DNA from: Minisyncoccota bacterium
GTDB taxonomy: Bacteria; Patescibacteriota; Minisyncoccia; Phycocordibacterales; XYD1-FULL-46-19
Length of the DNA stretch: 62,717 nucleotides
Direction of reading: 5' to 3'
Assembly (NCBI GenBank): GCA_041657405.1
Contig: JBBABX010000003.1
Span: 1 to 62,717, forward strand
A program made the translations under genes and the position numbers. The notes under the pieces were generated by a model. The model made no database searches. It was not told the origin of the DNA and saw only the letters and a program-made list of their open reading frames with translations. This document shows positions 41,583 to 51,748 of the stretch, piece by piece (within the stretch, counting starts at the first letter, position 1; each line of letters opens with the position of its first letter).

Positions 41583-42146
41583 TTAAAAATCAGTAGTTCT
41601 TTGACTGGCGGAAGTTTGAATCATAAATTCGGTTTCCAAACCTGGACGACTCACCGCCCTGCCATTAATATTTATTAAAACTTTCGCTAATTTATTGTCA
41701 ATAATACCTCTTTCGGTTATTTTAAAATTGAGACTACTTAAAAATATTTGGGGAGACAACATATCTTTTACCCCTTCGCTTGAATCTCCACAAGGACATT
41801 CATTTTTACACTTTAAAAGAGTATTTTCATGATTATTATAATCCCCCAAACTATAACAATAACTGTTCCCCTCATCGCCTAATTGAGAATATTTTATTGC
41901 CCGATCGCTATCTTTGAGCTCTATTTTGACTCCTTCCCTAATTTCTAAGTTCATTTTTTCTAGTGCAAAGTTAAAATTATCCATTAACAATCGCATCGCC
42001 TGCGCTTTTTTATAAACAGCCGAAAGTTGAACCAACACTCCGCTAACAATCAACGCCACAACCACAAACAAAGAAACTGAAACCATCATTTCAATCAAGG
42101 TAAATCCTTTATTTATTTTCCTTTTTTTCATTTTAATCATAGTCAC
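41583..42146 (-). CDS. Prepilin-type N-terminal cleavage/methylation domain protein (minor pilin)
   Basis: KGFTLIEMMVSVSLFVVV. Confidence 0.7.
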   Translation of the reverse strand: MTMIKMKKRKINKGFTLIEMMVSVSLFVVVALIVSGVLVQLSAVYKKAQAMRLLMDNFNFALEKMNLEIREGVKIELKDSDRAIKYSQLGDEGNSYCYSLGDYNNHENTLLKCKNECPCGDSSEGVKDMLSPQIFLSSLNFKITERGIIDNKLAKVLININGRAVSRPGLETEFMIQTSASQRTTDF

Positions 42147-42690
42147 ATTCTGATACCGTTATTTGTCCACTAGAAAAAACAAAAACACATCTTTTTTCTT
42201 TGTTACGCAAGGATTCTATTATCAATTTTACCAAACTTACATCATCAACCAAACTTCCTTCTGAATCATAAAAGGTTGGCTCCAAATTGCTTTTTATGCT
42301 TTTTTGATAGTTGGTGCTCATAAAAATAATATTGGAAATTTCCCCATCTGCAGCCAAAGAATAACCGTTGAGATTACAAGTCTCTATGATATCATCGTCA
42401 GAACTATAAAAATTTGGGCTAGCATTACCATTATCAAAATAAATAGTTACTTTATTGTCTTCCAAATTAGCTCCAACCGGGCTATTATCTTCACCTATTT
42501 TTTTAGTGGTGCCATAATTTTGAGTAGCTCTAATACAACCAGCTACTTCTTGAGCAGTTAGATCTAACGCACCTTTGCGGCCAAAATTAGGAATATCGGT
42601 CATCACTACGGCTGTAATAATAAGAAAAATCGCGATGACAACTATCAATTCAAGCAAAGAAAAACCCTGTTGAAATTTTTTAAAAGACAT
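42133..42690 (-). CDS. Prepilin-type N-terminal cleavage/methylation domain protein (GspH/FimT-like minor pilin)
   Basis: QGFSLLELIVVIAIFLII. Confidence 0.7.
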   Translation of the reverse strand: MSFKKFQQGFSLLELIVVIAIFLIITAVVMTDIPNFGRKGALDLTAQEVAGCIRATQNYGTTKKIGEDNSPVGANLEDNKVTIYFDNGNASPNFYSSDDDIIETCNLNGYSLAADGEISNIIFMSTNYQKSIKSNLEPTFYDSEGSLVDDVSLVKLIIESLRNKEKRCVFVFSSGQITVSECDYD

Positions 42691-43474
42691 TGATTTGAAA
42701 AAACAAATTTAAAATTATTCCCAAGATAATAAAAGGTGCAAAAGGTAACTCACTCTTAATTGTAAAGTATTTTGAAAATCCAAACAACTTGATTTTTGTC
42801 AAAAAAATTAAAACCAAACCCGTCATCGCGCCAATCCAAACAGCTAAAATTAAAGCGGAAAAAACTTGTGGCCAACCAAGCAAAAAACCGGCTACTAGAG
42901 CCAATTTAACATCACCAAAACCAAGCCACCGACCGCAAGATAGCAACCACAACAAAAGAAAAATACCGCCAGCAATCACCCCGCCTAGAAAAATTGTTTG
43001 GTATTCAGTCCATAAAGAAGAATAAGCCCCAGCCTCAATCACCGTTAAGAGTGGTTTAATCAACGCCAAAACACCTATCCCAAAAACAAAGATATCGGGA
43101 ATTATTTTATGCCTCAAATCATAAATGATTATTGGAACCAACAGAGAAACAATCACCCAGTAGAAAGATATTTCCAACCAATTATTAAAACCAAAACGTG
43201 CAAAAGTTAAAACAAACAACAGACCAGTTAATATCTCCACCAACGGATATTGCCAAGAAATTTTTGATTGACAACGACGACAACGACCTCTTTGGATAAC
43301 AAAGCTAGCAACCGGCAAAAGTTCAAACCAAGTTAAAATTTGACCACAAAACAGGCAATGAGAGCGACCTCCAAGTGATTGTCCTGAATGATAGCGGAGG
43401 ATTAAAACATTTAAAAAACTGCCAATAATTAAACCAAACAGGAAACTTAATGCATAATTAATAACCAAAAACAT
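42680..43474 (-). CDS. pilD: Prepilin peptidase (A24 family)
   Basis: 264 aa; N-terminal CLFC...CRRC zinc motif, multi-TM, and GFGDVKL aspartate motif. Confidence 0.9.
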   Translation of the reverse strand: MFLVINYALSFLFGLIIGSFLNVLILRYHSGQSLGGRSHCLFCGQILTWFELLPVASFVIQRGRCRRCQSKISWQYPLVEILTGLLFVLTFARFGFNNWLEISFYWVIVSLLVPIIIYDLRHKIIPDIFVFGIGVLALIKPLLTVIEAGAYSSLWTEYQTIFLGGVIAGGIFLLLWLLSCGRWLGFGDVKLALVAGFLLGWPQVFSALILAVWIGAMTGLVLIFLTKIKLFGFSKYFTIKSELPFAPFIILGIILNLFFQINVF

Positions 43475-43481
43475 TTTTTAT

Positions 43482-44828
43482 TTAATCACCGAACGGTCTG
43501 GAATATTGAATTAGCTGATTCAACTCGTCGTAAGATTGAGAAAATTCAAAGGTGTTTGAATCTTGCGCCATTAATTTTAATGACCATTTAATCGTTTTTT
43601 CTACTGGTCGATTATCAAACAAAGCTTTAACTTTATACGACAAATTACCATCCAACCCACTACATTCTTCTTTGGTGTAATTATTATTGCTATCTTTATC
43701 GCAAACAATGGAAACATTAGAGTCATCCGCGGGTCCAACAGTGGCATCGCTAACATAGCGATATTCACTTGAATCAAGATTATAAGTAATACCAGTGCAA
43801 GGAGTGCCGTTTGCAATATTTACTAATTTAAGCTGACCAGGGGCATTGTTGCTAGTCGCCGGATAAATGACCAAGCCAGATTCTGATAATTTTAATGGAG
43901 TGATACTGGTCAACTTGGGTTGGCACAAAGCAATTGATTGTACGCCACAAATAGCTACCAAGTTTTTATCTTCTTCAATAGATTCTATTGTGCAAATTCC
44001 AACTTCAGGATCGTAAGAATCACAACCCGAGACTGATGTAGGAATGAGAGAGAAAGAAACTTCAACCGTTTCTCCTGTCTCATAACTTCGGCAATAATCC
44101 CCTGAGGGATCGCAATCATCACCTTGCGGACTAAAAGTTACTTCGGTTGGATTACCTTCTTCGTCTAGACAAGAGGCTGCTGTGACCGTCACTTCATTTC
44201 CATTTTCATCATCTTCTCTGCCACCACCACAAACTTGTTTTGTTGGATCGCACTCTCCACTACCACCCCCCCCTCCGCCACCAGCATCAATCCCAAATCC
44301 AAAATCAAGCCATGCCAAATTCAAATCGCCCCAGGCATAACCGGTAAAACCCCCATTTGTTTGGCGTTTAATATTATACATTCTAACCCAACCATCCCAA
44401 CCGCCAAGCTCAGATTCTGACCGCAATAAGCCGCTACAACCATTTTGAAAAACTGAACAAGCTCTTGCCCAACCTTTTAAATCGTCACCGATTATTTTAG
44501 CGCCATAACAATCCCCCGTATTACAATAAGCGGGCGCGAAGGATGAACCTGGGGTAAATTTAATCCAACCCAAATTCAAGCTCCAAGCATAGCCAACCAA
44601 GTTGTCATTATTATCAATTTTTACAGTGTAGGTATGATTAGTCTCACTATAATCTTTATTATTAAAACTTACCCAACCAGTAACATCACTCCAAGCCCAA
44701 CCACGTAATTCGTTATTTTCCAAATCACTTTGAGCTCTGACTGACCCCACAGGAAAAGGCAAATAAACAATTACCGTTATTATCAAAATAGCGGTAGCAA
44801 TCAAACTAAAAATCGTTTTTTTGTCCAT
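43482..44828 (-). CDS. Secreted cysteine-rich protein with four G[WY]AW...GW[IV]xF repeats; pilus-locus associated
   Basis: 448 aa with an N-terminal signal anchor. Repeats: GWAWSDVTGWVSF, GYAWSLNLGWIKF, GWDGWVRMY, GYAWGDLNLAWLDF. A Gly7 linker is encoded by a G8 run. Confidence 0.6.
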   Translation of the reverse strand: MDKKTIFSLIATAILIITVIVYLPFPVGSVRAQSDLENNELRGWAWSDVTGWVSFNNKDYSETNHTYTVKIDNNDNLVGYAWSLNLGWIKFTPGSSFAPAYCNTGDCYGAKIIGDDLKGWARACSVFQNGCSGLLRSESELGGWDGWVRMYNIKRQTNGGFTGYAWGDLNLAWLDFGFGIDAGGGGGGGSGECDPTKQVCGGGREDDENGNEVTVTAASCLDEEGNPTEVTFSPQGDDCDPSGDYCRSYETGETVEVSFSLIPTSVSGCDSYDPEVGICTIESIEEDKNLVAICGVQSIALCQPKLTSITPLKLSESGLVIYPATSNNAPGQLKLVNIANGTPCTGITYNLDSSEYRYVSDATVGPADDSNVSIVCDKDSNNNYTKEECSGLDGNLSYKVKALFDNRPVEKTIKWSLKLMAQDSNTFEFSQSYDELNQLIQYSRPFGD

Positions 44829-44954
44829 ATTTTTAAAAATACTTTACGCTTGGTATGTAAAACTATTTTAATTTTAGCACAAAACCCCACCCTCCTTATA
44901 AATAGTTATCCACTTTTTTTAATTATCCCCTTATTTGAGTCTTCTTTTGTTTTT

Positions 44955-45466
44955 TTATTCCGAGGGAGAAAAACCTGAATAAATTTCACATTTACCGTTA
45001 GGGTTGGCAACATAGCCATAACCGCTAAAATTAGTGCTGTCCACACAATAAAAAGAATACTCCGAGCTCCTATCCAAGTCCGTAAAAGCAGCCCAAGCTG
45101 AAGGTTTTTCTCCAAATTCAACATCTATCGTACAAACTGGTCTTTCGATTAGGTTACCTACAACCGCTTGAGATAATTTTTGTAATGTTCCATAGCCGAG
45201 ATGACCCCAGTCGGGCAATTCAATAAGACCTTGAGAAACACAGAGATCTTCGGGAAATCTGCCCGTGCTGTCACTTGCCAATTGGGCAGAGCGTTTATCA
45301 TTGACTTCATGCTCGTCATTGCCGAAGCCGCACGCGCCTTATCTCGCGAGTTACCCATTACGGCAATAACTACGCTGGCCAAAATACCAATAATAGCAAT
45401 CACCACCAGAATCTCTATCAAAGTAAAACCTTTTTGAGACCTCAATTTTTTGATTTGTTTTTTCAT
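44955..45466 (-). pseudogene. Second type IV pilin paralog, interrupted by a frameshift near 45282..45300
   Basis: ORF 45158..45466 encodes the [22 protein letters not shown] pilin N-terminus. ORF 44955..45281 encodes the C-terminal part (..PSAWAAF..YSFYCVDSTNFSGYG), which aligns with the intact pilin 45606..46046. Confidence 0.7.
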
Positions 45467-45550
45467 TTGTTTATTTTATCAAAATCATTTAAAAACCAAA
45501 AACATATAATTTTTCCAAAAACAAAATCCTATAATATAATATCATAAATA

Positions 45551-45586
45551 ACACAAAAAGAGAGGCAAAAGCCTCTCTTTTTGTGT
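45551..45586 (-). terminator. Strong intrinsic terminator/attenuator directly after the major pilin gene
   Basis: ACACAAAAAGAGAGGCaaaaGCCTCTCTTTTTGTGT. Confidence 0.75.
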
Positions 45587-45605
45587 TAAAAATTTCAATA
45601 AAAGA

Positions 45606-46046
45606 TTATTGACATTCTACATCAACACTTGGAGTTCCGTCAGTAATGGCATCAGCTATAGAATCACCAGCATAACCGGTACTATCAACGCAATAATATG
45701 TTCCATCTGGCAATTCGGCCAAAACACCCCAAGCACTTGGGCTGGTTGCAGCATCGGCTCCACAAGTAACAATCGAGCCTTGATTTGTCGCTGCAGCAAT
45801 AAGAGTAGCAAGACCACCAGTTTCTGTGCTATTAGTACAAATGCCATCAACGTAAGCGCCACTAGTGTCAGTCCCCAACTCGGCTTCGGCCCTCATTGAA
45901 GAGAGAGAGGCTTTGGCAGAAGCGGCACGGGCCTTTTCTCTTGCCGAACCCAAACTAGTCAAAACCACCCCGGCCAAGATACCAATAATAGCAATCACCA
46001 CCAACAATTCAATCAAGGTAAAACCTTTATTTAACGTATTTTTCAT
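45606..46046 (-). CDS. Type IV major pilin
   Basis: 146 aa; [22 protein letters not shown] with C-terminal Cys residues. Confidence 0.85.
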   Translation of the reverse strand: MKNTLNKGFTLIELLVVIAIIGILAGVVLTSLGSAREKARAASAKASLSSMRAEAELGTDTSGAYVDGICTNSTETGGLATLIAAATNQGSIVTCGADAATSPSAWGVLAELPDGTYYCVDSTGYAGDSIADAITDGTPSVDVECQ

Positions 46047-46290
46047 ATATAAAAACTAATTTAATAATTAAAACTTAATAATTTAAACTTAAACGACTTT
46101 AACCTTATCTATATTTTACAATAAATCAAAGAAAGTTAACAACTTTGAGCAAAAAACTGTGGATAAACAAAGATAAAATTTCTAAAACAATCCTCAAAAA
46201 ACAAAAACCAAATAATTTGACTGGATTTAATAAATTTAAATTGGAGTTTTGTTATTCCAAATCCTTTTTTAATTTTTGCAATTTGAATGC

Positions 46291-47499
46291 TTAAATCCCT
46301 TGCGCCAGATTATAAATCGGAATCAAAATTGCTGTCAGCATCACCCCAACCCCAACCCCCAAGACAACAATCAGGGCCGGCTCAATCAACCCAACCAAGG
46401 TGTCCACTTCATTGCCGACTTCACGTTCATAAAAACGAGACAACTTTTCTAACACAAAACCAATTTTACCCGATTCTTCACCAACTTTAATCATTTGAAC
46501 CATTACTCCAGGAATTTCTGGATATTGAGAAAAAACACCCGAGACCGCACTTCCAGCTTTTATCGCCTCCCCTGCTTCAACTAAAATCTTTTTATAAACC
46601 TCATTATTAACCACGTCACCAGAAATCTCCAAGGTTCGCACCATTGAGATGCCAGATGAAAGCATTGTGTTCATATTATCAGAAATACGCGCTAAATATA
46701 ATTTGCGATATAAACGACCAACATAAGGGACGTTTATTTTAAAACGATCAAAAGAATATTTTCCCTTTGGAGTGCTAACATAACGAAAAAGATAAATACC
46801 TAAGAACAACAAGAGGAGAGCAAGCGGTATGCTAAACATTATAAAGAAATCACTAGTCCAAATTAATAATTTGGTGTAAATTGGCAATTCTTGACCGGTT
46901 TCCATCAGAACTTGCGACAACTTTGGCACTACAAACATCACCATCAAAATCATAACTACAATAAAAGACACAATCACAAAAGCTGGATATATCAAAGCAT
47001 TCTTGGCCCGCGATGATAAAGCATAAGAACGGTCCATATAATCAGCCAAATAAACAAAAGATTCTGCCATCTTGCCAGATTCTTCGCCAGCCCGAACCAT
47101 ATTGACATAAAAATCAGAAAAAATCTTTGGGTGACGACCAAGTGCCGCCGAAATTGAGATACCACCTTTTATATCATCCACAACAGACAATAAAACTTTT
47201 TGTAAAATCGGATTCAAACTTTCTTGAGCCAATAAGCGAAAGGTTGCTAAAACCGAAACTTTAGCCTCAAATAGAGTAGCTACTTGTCGCGACAACATCA
47301 CTATTTCTTTATAAGAAACCCGACGTGTAAAAGGCAAAACGATATGAAAACGTTCTTTTCTATCTATTTCAGGTTTAATGGAAACAATAATCAAACCCCG
47401 TCGTTGAAGTGAACTAATGGCCAAATCTATATTAGGTGCATCAATACTGCCATTTTGTTCTTGTCCTTCTTTGTCTACAGTTTTATAAACAAAAAGCAT
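46291..47499 (-). CDS. pilC: Type IV pilus platform protein PilC (T2SS F family)
   Basis: 402 aa with two T2SSF repeats and three TM regions. Confidence 0.9.
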   Translation of the reverse strand: MLFVYKTVDKEGQEQNGSIDAPNIDLAISSLQRRGLIIVSIKPEIDRKERFHIVLPFTRRVSYKEIVMLSRQVATLFEAKVSVLATFRLLAQESLNPILQKVLLSVVDDIKGGISISAALGRHPKIFSDFYVNMVRAGEESGKMAESFVYLADYMDRSYALSSRAKNALIYPAFVIVSFIVVMILMVMFVVPKLSQVLMETGQELPIYTKLLIWTSDFFIMFSIPLALLLLFLGIYLFRYVSTPKGKYSFDRFKINVPYVGRLYRKLYLARISDNMNTMLSSGISMVRTLEISGDVVNNEVYKKILVEAGEAIKAGSAVSGVFSQYPEIPGVMVQMIKVGEESGKIGFVLEKLSRFYEREVGNEVDTLVGLIEPALIVVLGVGVGVMLTAILIPIYNLAQGI

Positions 47500-47505
47500 A
47501 ATAAT

Positions 47506-48570
47506 TTAGATTAAACGATTAAGTCCTTCTGGATTAAGTGAATAACGAAAAGCATTGTCTGCTGTAATTTCGCCATCACGAACTAGGCCGGATAATGAAC
47601 GATTTAAATCTAACATTCCTTCGGATGAACCTGTTTCAATTACCACGTCAATTTCAGCCGTGCGGCCTTCGCGAATTAAATTAGACACGGCGTCGTTGTT
47701 TACTAAAAGTTCGTAAGCCGGAATTAAGCCACCAGAAATTCGCGGAATTAAACGTTGAGAAAAAATACCAAGTAATGAGCCAGCTAATTGAGTTTGAATT
47801 TGATGTTGTTGATTGCCTGGGAAAGAATCAATAATACGGTCAATTGTCTGCGAAGCACTGTTAGTGTGCAGGGTTGATAAAATCAAGTGACCAGTTTCAG
47901 CCGCTGTCACCGCCATTGAGATTGTTTCTGGGGTGCGCATTTCGCCTACCATCGCCACATTAACATCCTGACGAAACATAGACCGGAGAGCAGTATAAAA
48001 ATTTTTAGTATCAAATCGCACCTCACGTTGATCTATAATAGAACGGTCACTAGTAAATAAATATTCTACCGGGTCCTCAATTGTGATAACATGTTCGGCA
48101 CGTTCATGATTTATCAATTCCACCAAAGATGCCAAAGTTGTAGATTTGCCTTGCCCCACTGGACCAACAACCAAAAAGAAACCTTGCTTTTTATGGACAA
48201 AATCGGCTAATTGCTCTGGCAAATTCAATTCGCTTAATTGCGGAATTTTCATTGGTATCAAACGCAGAGCAATTCCCACTACTCCCTTTTGAAAAAAAGC
48301 ATTGCCTCGAAAACGGACATTGGCCGCTGGTGAATAAGAAAAATCGACTTCCCGTTGTTCTAATAAAATTTGTTTGTTATCATCGTTCAAAATTTCCATT
48401 GCAATCCCCAAGGTGTCTTCTGGCGTCAAAAGAGGTTTCTTGATTATTGGAATAAGAGAACCAGAAACACGAATAGATGGGTGACGTCCAACAGATAAGT
48501 GCAAGTCTGACGCACCTTCTTTGGTAACAGCCACTACCAATTCTTCTATGTCTTTGTTGTAATCTCTCAT
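47506..48570 (-). CDS. pilT: Twitching-motility retraction ATPase PilT
   Basis: 354 aa; Walker A GPVGQGKST and the PilT signature AHLILSTLHTNSA. Confidence 0.9.
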   Translation of the reverse strand: MRDYNKDIEELVVAVTKEGASDLHLSVGRHPSIRVSGSLIPIIKKPLLTPEDTLGIAMEILNDDNKQILLEQREVDFSYSPAANVRFRGNAFFQKGVVGIALRLIPMKIPQLSELNLPEQLADFVHKKQGFFLVVGPVGQGKSTTLASLVELINHERAEHVITIEDPVEYLFTSDRSIIDQREVRFDTKNFYTALRSMFRQDVNVAMVGEMRTPETISMAVTAAETGHLILSTLHTNSASQTIDRIIDSFPGNQQHQIQTQLAGSLLGIFSQRLIPRISGGLIPAYELLVNNDAVSNLIREGRTAEIDVVIETGSSEGMLDLNRSLSGLVRDGEITADNAFRYSLNPEGLNRLI

Positions 48571-48601
48571 AAAATTTTTAATTTAAAATTCAAAATCATC
48601 A

Positions 48602-49003
48602 TTAAACATATTTGCGATTAGCCAAAATTTCTTTAACCTTGTTTACCACTTCCGTTGGTGTGGCAGAAGCTTTGACGATGTAACCGTCCGCCCCCAAACC
48701 CAATCCTTTTTCAATATCTTCTTTTTGTCCCAAATTAGATAATATCACGATCAAACCTTTGTGGCTGTCAAATTTTTCCTTTATTTTTTCTACCAACCCA
48801 AAACCATCCATTACTGGCATTACCACATCCACCAAATAAATATCAGGCACCAAACCTTCTTCAAGTTTTTTGATAGCTTCTTCGCCATTTTCCGCCGTTT
48901 CCACCTCGTAACCGCTTTCATTAAACTTGAGTGAATACATATTCACGAGAAATTTATCATCATCGACAATGAGAATTTTCATTTTTGTTGAATCGTTTTC
49001 CAT
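48602..49003 (-). CDS. Stand-alone response-regulator receiver domain (CheY-like)
   Basis: 133 aa; ILIVDDD...DVVMPVMDG...K; lies between pilB and pilT. Confidence 0.85.
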   Translation of the reverse strand: MENDSTKMKILIVDDDKFLVNMYSLKFNESGYEVETAENGEEAIKKLEEGLVPDIYLVDVVMPVMDGFGLVEKIKEKFDSHKGLIVILSNLGQKEDIEKGLGLGADGYIVKASATPTEVVNKVKEILANRKYV

Positions 49004-49018
49004 ACTTAGTTAATTATA

Positions 49019-50599
49019 TTACAATTTGTTAACTTCTTCAAAAGGCACAGTCCCCTTGAGCGACTTAATTAGTAAATCTTCTTTCATTGTCAGAAAACCT
49101 TTTGACCTAGCATAACGGTAAATTTCATTTTCATTTGGATTGTTTAACACAATTCTTTCCAACTCTCGATCCATCTCCAAAAATTCAAAGACTCCTGTTC
49201 GTCCCTTAGTGCCACTAGGGCAAGAAGCTGTCTTGTGGATACGGTAAATATTATCTATCGTCGGAATTTTTTGATGATATTCCTGAGGCAAATCAGCAAA
49301 TTGTTTTTCTACTATCATCTTAATACTTTCATCAGCTGGTTCTGAAATCCTAGCATCATCACAAATAGTCGGCACTAAACGTTGGGCCATCATCAAGACC
49401 AGAGTCGGGGGCAAAAGATATGGTTCCACCCCCATATCAATCAAGCGCGGAATAGCGCCGATAGAATTATTGGTGTGCAAAGTAGAAAGCACCAGATGTC
49501 CAGTTAGAGAAGCTTGGATAGCTAAACGTGCAGTTTCTTTGTCACGCATTTCACCAACCATTACGATATCTGGGTCTTGACGCAAAATACTTCGCAAACC
49601 ATTGGCAAAAGTGTAATTAATTTCCGGCCGGACTTGTGATTGACTGACTCCTGGCATGTCATATTCAATCGGATCTTCCAAACTAACAACATTATTCTTT
49701 TCTCGGTCTAACATATTCAACATCGCATAAAGAGTTGTTGTTTTACCGGAACCAGTCGGACCCGTAATCAAAATCAAACCATAGGGACGTTTAAGTGCCC
49801 GTGTTACAATTTCTTGTTGTTCTGGTGACATTCCAATGGTATTTAAATCTACTTTGCGTTTTTCCGGATCAAGAATACGCATCACAATCTTTTCGCCCCA
49901 ATAAGTTGGAAGAGTGGAGACACGAAAATCCGCCTTGCGACCTTCATAATTATAAGAAAACCGACCATCTTGCGGCACTCGTTTTTCATCTAATTTTAAA
50001 TTGCTTAGAATCTTGATGCGCGCCACCATTGCTTCGTGCACTGTCATTGGTGGAGTCAAGCTGGTATAAAGCACCCCGTCCACCCGAAATCGCACCTTGA
50101 GGGTAGAGTGAGTCGGCTCAATATGAATATCAGAGGCTCCCCCAGAAAGAGCATTCTGAACAATCACGGTGACAATTTTAGAAATTGGTGCTTCTTCAAC
50201 AATATTAGCTGAACTTTTGGTTGTTTCTTCTTGTGGCGCCTTGCTAAATCTGGCCACCGATTGTTCCGCTTCACGAATATTAGTTTGAATATCGCCAACA
50301 ACAGCTGCTGAATCACCGCCAGACAAACCCTTATAACTTTTTATCGCCCAATCAAAATCTTTCTTAGAAATAAGATAAATTTTGAATGGCATTCTAACTT
50401 TAGAAGCAATAAATTGTAGAGCATCGCGAGCTTCTGAATTGTCTGGATTAACCATTCCCACTTCCAGAACTCCATCCTTGACCGATATCGGCACAAACAA
50501 ATAATTAAGCGCTGATTCAAACGGCACATATTTCAAAACTTCAAAAGGGATTTTATTATTATCCAGCTTTTTTAGTGGTATGTTATAGTAATCGTCCAT
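49019..50599 (-). CDS. pilB: Type IV pilus assembly ATPase PilB (GspE family)
   Basis: 526 aa; Walker A GPTGSGKTT, Asp/His boxes and a tetracysteine-region remnant. Confidence 0.92.
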   Translation of the reverse strand: MDDYYNIPLKKLDNNKIPFEVLKYVPFESALNYLFVPISVKDGVLEVGMVNPDNSEARDALQFIASKVRMPFKIYLISKKDFDWAIKSYKGLSGGDSAAVVGDIQTNIREAEQSVARFSKAPQEETTKSSANIVEEAPISKIVTVIVQNALSGGASDIHIEPTHSTLKVRFRVDGVLYTSLTPPMTVHEAMVARIKILSNLKLDEKRVPQDGRFSYNYEGRKADFRVSTLPTYWGEKIVMRILDPEKRKVDLNTIGMSPEQQEIVTRALKRPYGLILITGPTGSGKTTTLYAMLNMLDREKNNVVSLEDPIEYDMPGVSQSQVRPEINYTFANGLRSILRQDPDIVMVGEMRDKETARLAIQASLTGHLVLSTLHTNNSIGAIPRLIDMGVEPYLLPPTLVLMMAQRLVPTICDDARISEPADESIKMIVEKQFADLPQEYHQKIPTIDNIYRIHKTASCPSGTKGRTGVFEFLEMDRELERIVLNNPNENEIYRYARSKGFLTMKEDLLIKSLKGTVPFEEVNKL

Positions 50600-50639
50600 T
50601 TTTTAAATTTTTCCCTAAAATAAATGGGGGGTAATCAAC

Positions 50640-51122
50640 CTATTGAGTTGTCTCGTTATTTCCTAAATCTTCTTCCGTGTTTGTTGTCTCATCTTCAGAC
50701 GGAACAATCATTTCGCTAGTAGTTGCTTCCTTAAAAATTCCTTCTTCTTGCAAATCTTGAGTATTGGTTGTGTTCAAATCCAAATTGCCAACACCGATTT
50801 GCGCAAAAGGATTTTCTCGGCCACGTCCCCGGTCAGAAACTGGACGGCTCAAATCTCTTAATTTATCTTTAAAAATAGGGTCTGATAATAATTTTAAATT
50901 CGTTAAATCTATATTTTTTATCCCGTTGAGCAAAGCAATAAACGGGTCATCAGTTGCTGTAATATTACCAGTCAACAAATTAACGCCTCCAGGCAAGCCG
51001 GAAGCAAGAGTAACCCCTCCTTGCGACTCCTCTTGACCTATAAACATTTTAACTGACCAAAAAACAGCCAAAAGAAGAACTGCGGCCAAAGCTACAAAGA
51101 TAATTATTTTTTTGGTGTTCAT
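50640..51122 (-). CDS. Signal-anchored hypothetical protein of the pilus locus
   Basis: 160 aa with an N-terminal TM helix and an acidic C-terminus; occupies the position of PilP/PilQ-like accessory genes. Confidence 0.5.
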   Translation of the reverse strand: MNTKKIIIFVALAAVLLLAVFWSVKMFIGQEESQGGVTLASGLPGGVNLLTGNITATDDPFIALLNGIKNIDLTNLKLLSDPIFKDKLRDLSRPVSDRGRGRENPFAQIGVGNLDLNTTNTQDLQEEGIFKEATTSEMIVPSEDETTNTEEDLGNNETTQ

Positions 51123-51126
51123 TTTA

Positions 51127-51744
51127 TTATTTTACCCAATAAGTTTTTAATTCAATGTCATATTGGTTGATCCCATTTTCACCAACGCCAAAGGATAAAG
51201 AAACAACATCAGCGACTCTCAAGCTAGTCGATAAATCATCCAAAAACCCCAATAGCGACTTGTAATTGCCAGCAACTTGAAAGGACATTGTCATTTCGGC
51301 AATAGTATCTGCCCCAGCAGCTTCCGTTACGGAAAGTTCACGAGAACTTAGGCCTTCAGTTTTTGTTTCTTCTGAAGCTTTAATGTTAACGTCTTGCAAC
51401 ATCATACCGTGTCGAGCAGCAATGTTGTTTATATCATAAACAAAATCTACTGTGTCTATTCGGTCGGGAATGAAAGCATCCAATTTTTCCCGGTCGGCAG
51501 AAGTAATCTGTTGTTCAGCTCTTTCTAATTCTGCCATCTTTGAACTTAGCTCACGAGCGTTACCCAAAGCCTCGTTTAATTTATTTTTTTCTTCAAGTAA
51601 ACTTTTTAAGCCTTGATCGGTCCCATTTAAAAGCCAAGTTTGTAATAAGGGTTGCTCGCTTCCATTTAAAACAGCCAAGCCCAAATAAAAGACTAAAACA
51701 GCTGACAAGGTAATGAGAATAACTGGTGTAATTAATTTAAGCAT
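51127..51744 (-). CDS. PilO-like pilus assembly protein
   Basis: 205 aa with an N-terminal TM helix, a coiled coil and a ferredoxin-like C-terminus. Assigned mainly from gene order after pilM-pilN. Confidence 0.55.
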   Translation of the reverse strand: MLKLITPVILITLSAVLVFYLGLAVLNGSEQPLLQTWLLNGTDQGLKSLLEEKNKLNEALGNARELSSKMAELERAEQQITSADREKLDAFIPDRIDTVDFVYDINNIAARHGMMLQDVNIKASEETKTEGLSSRELSVTEAAGADTIAEMTMSFQVAGNYKSLLGFLDDLSTSLRVADVVSLSFGVGENGINQYDIELKTYWVK

Positions 51745-51748
51745 ATCT

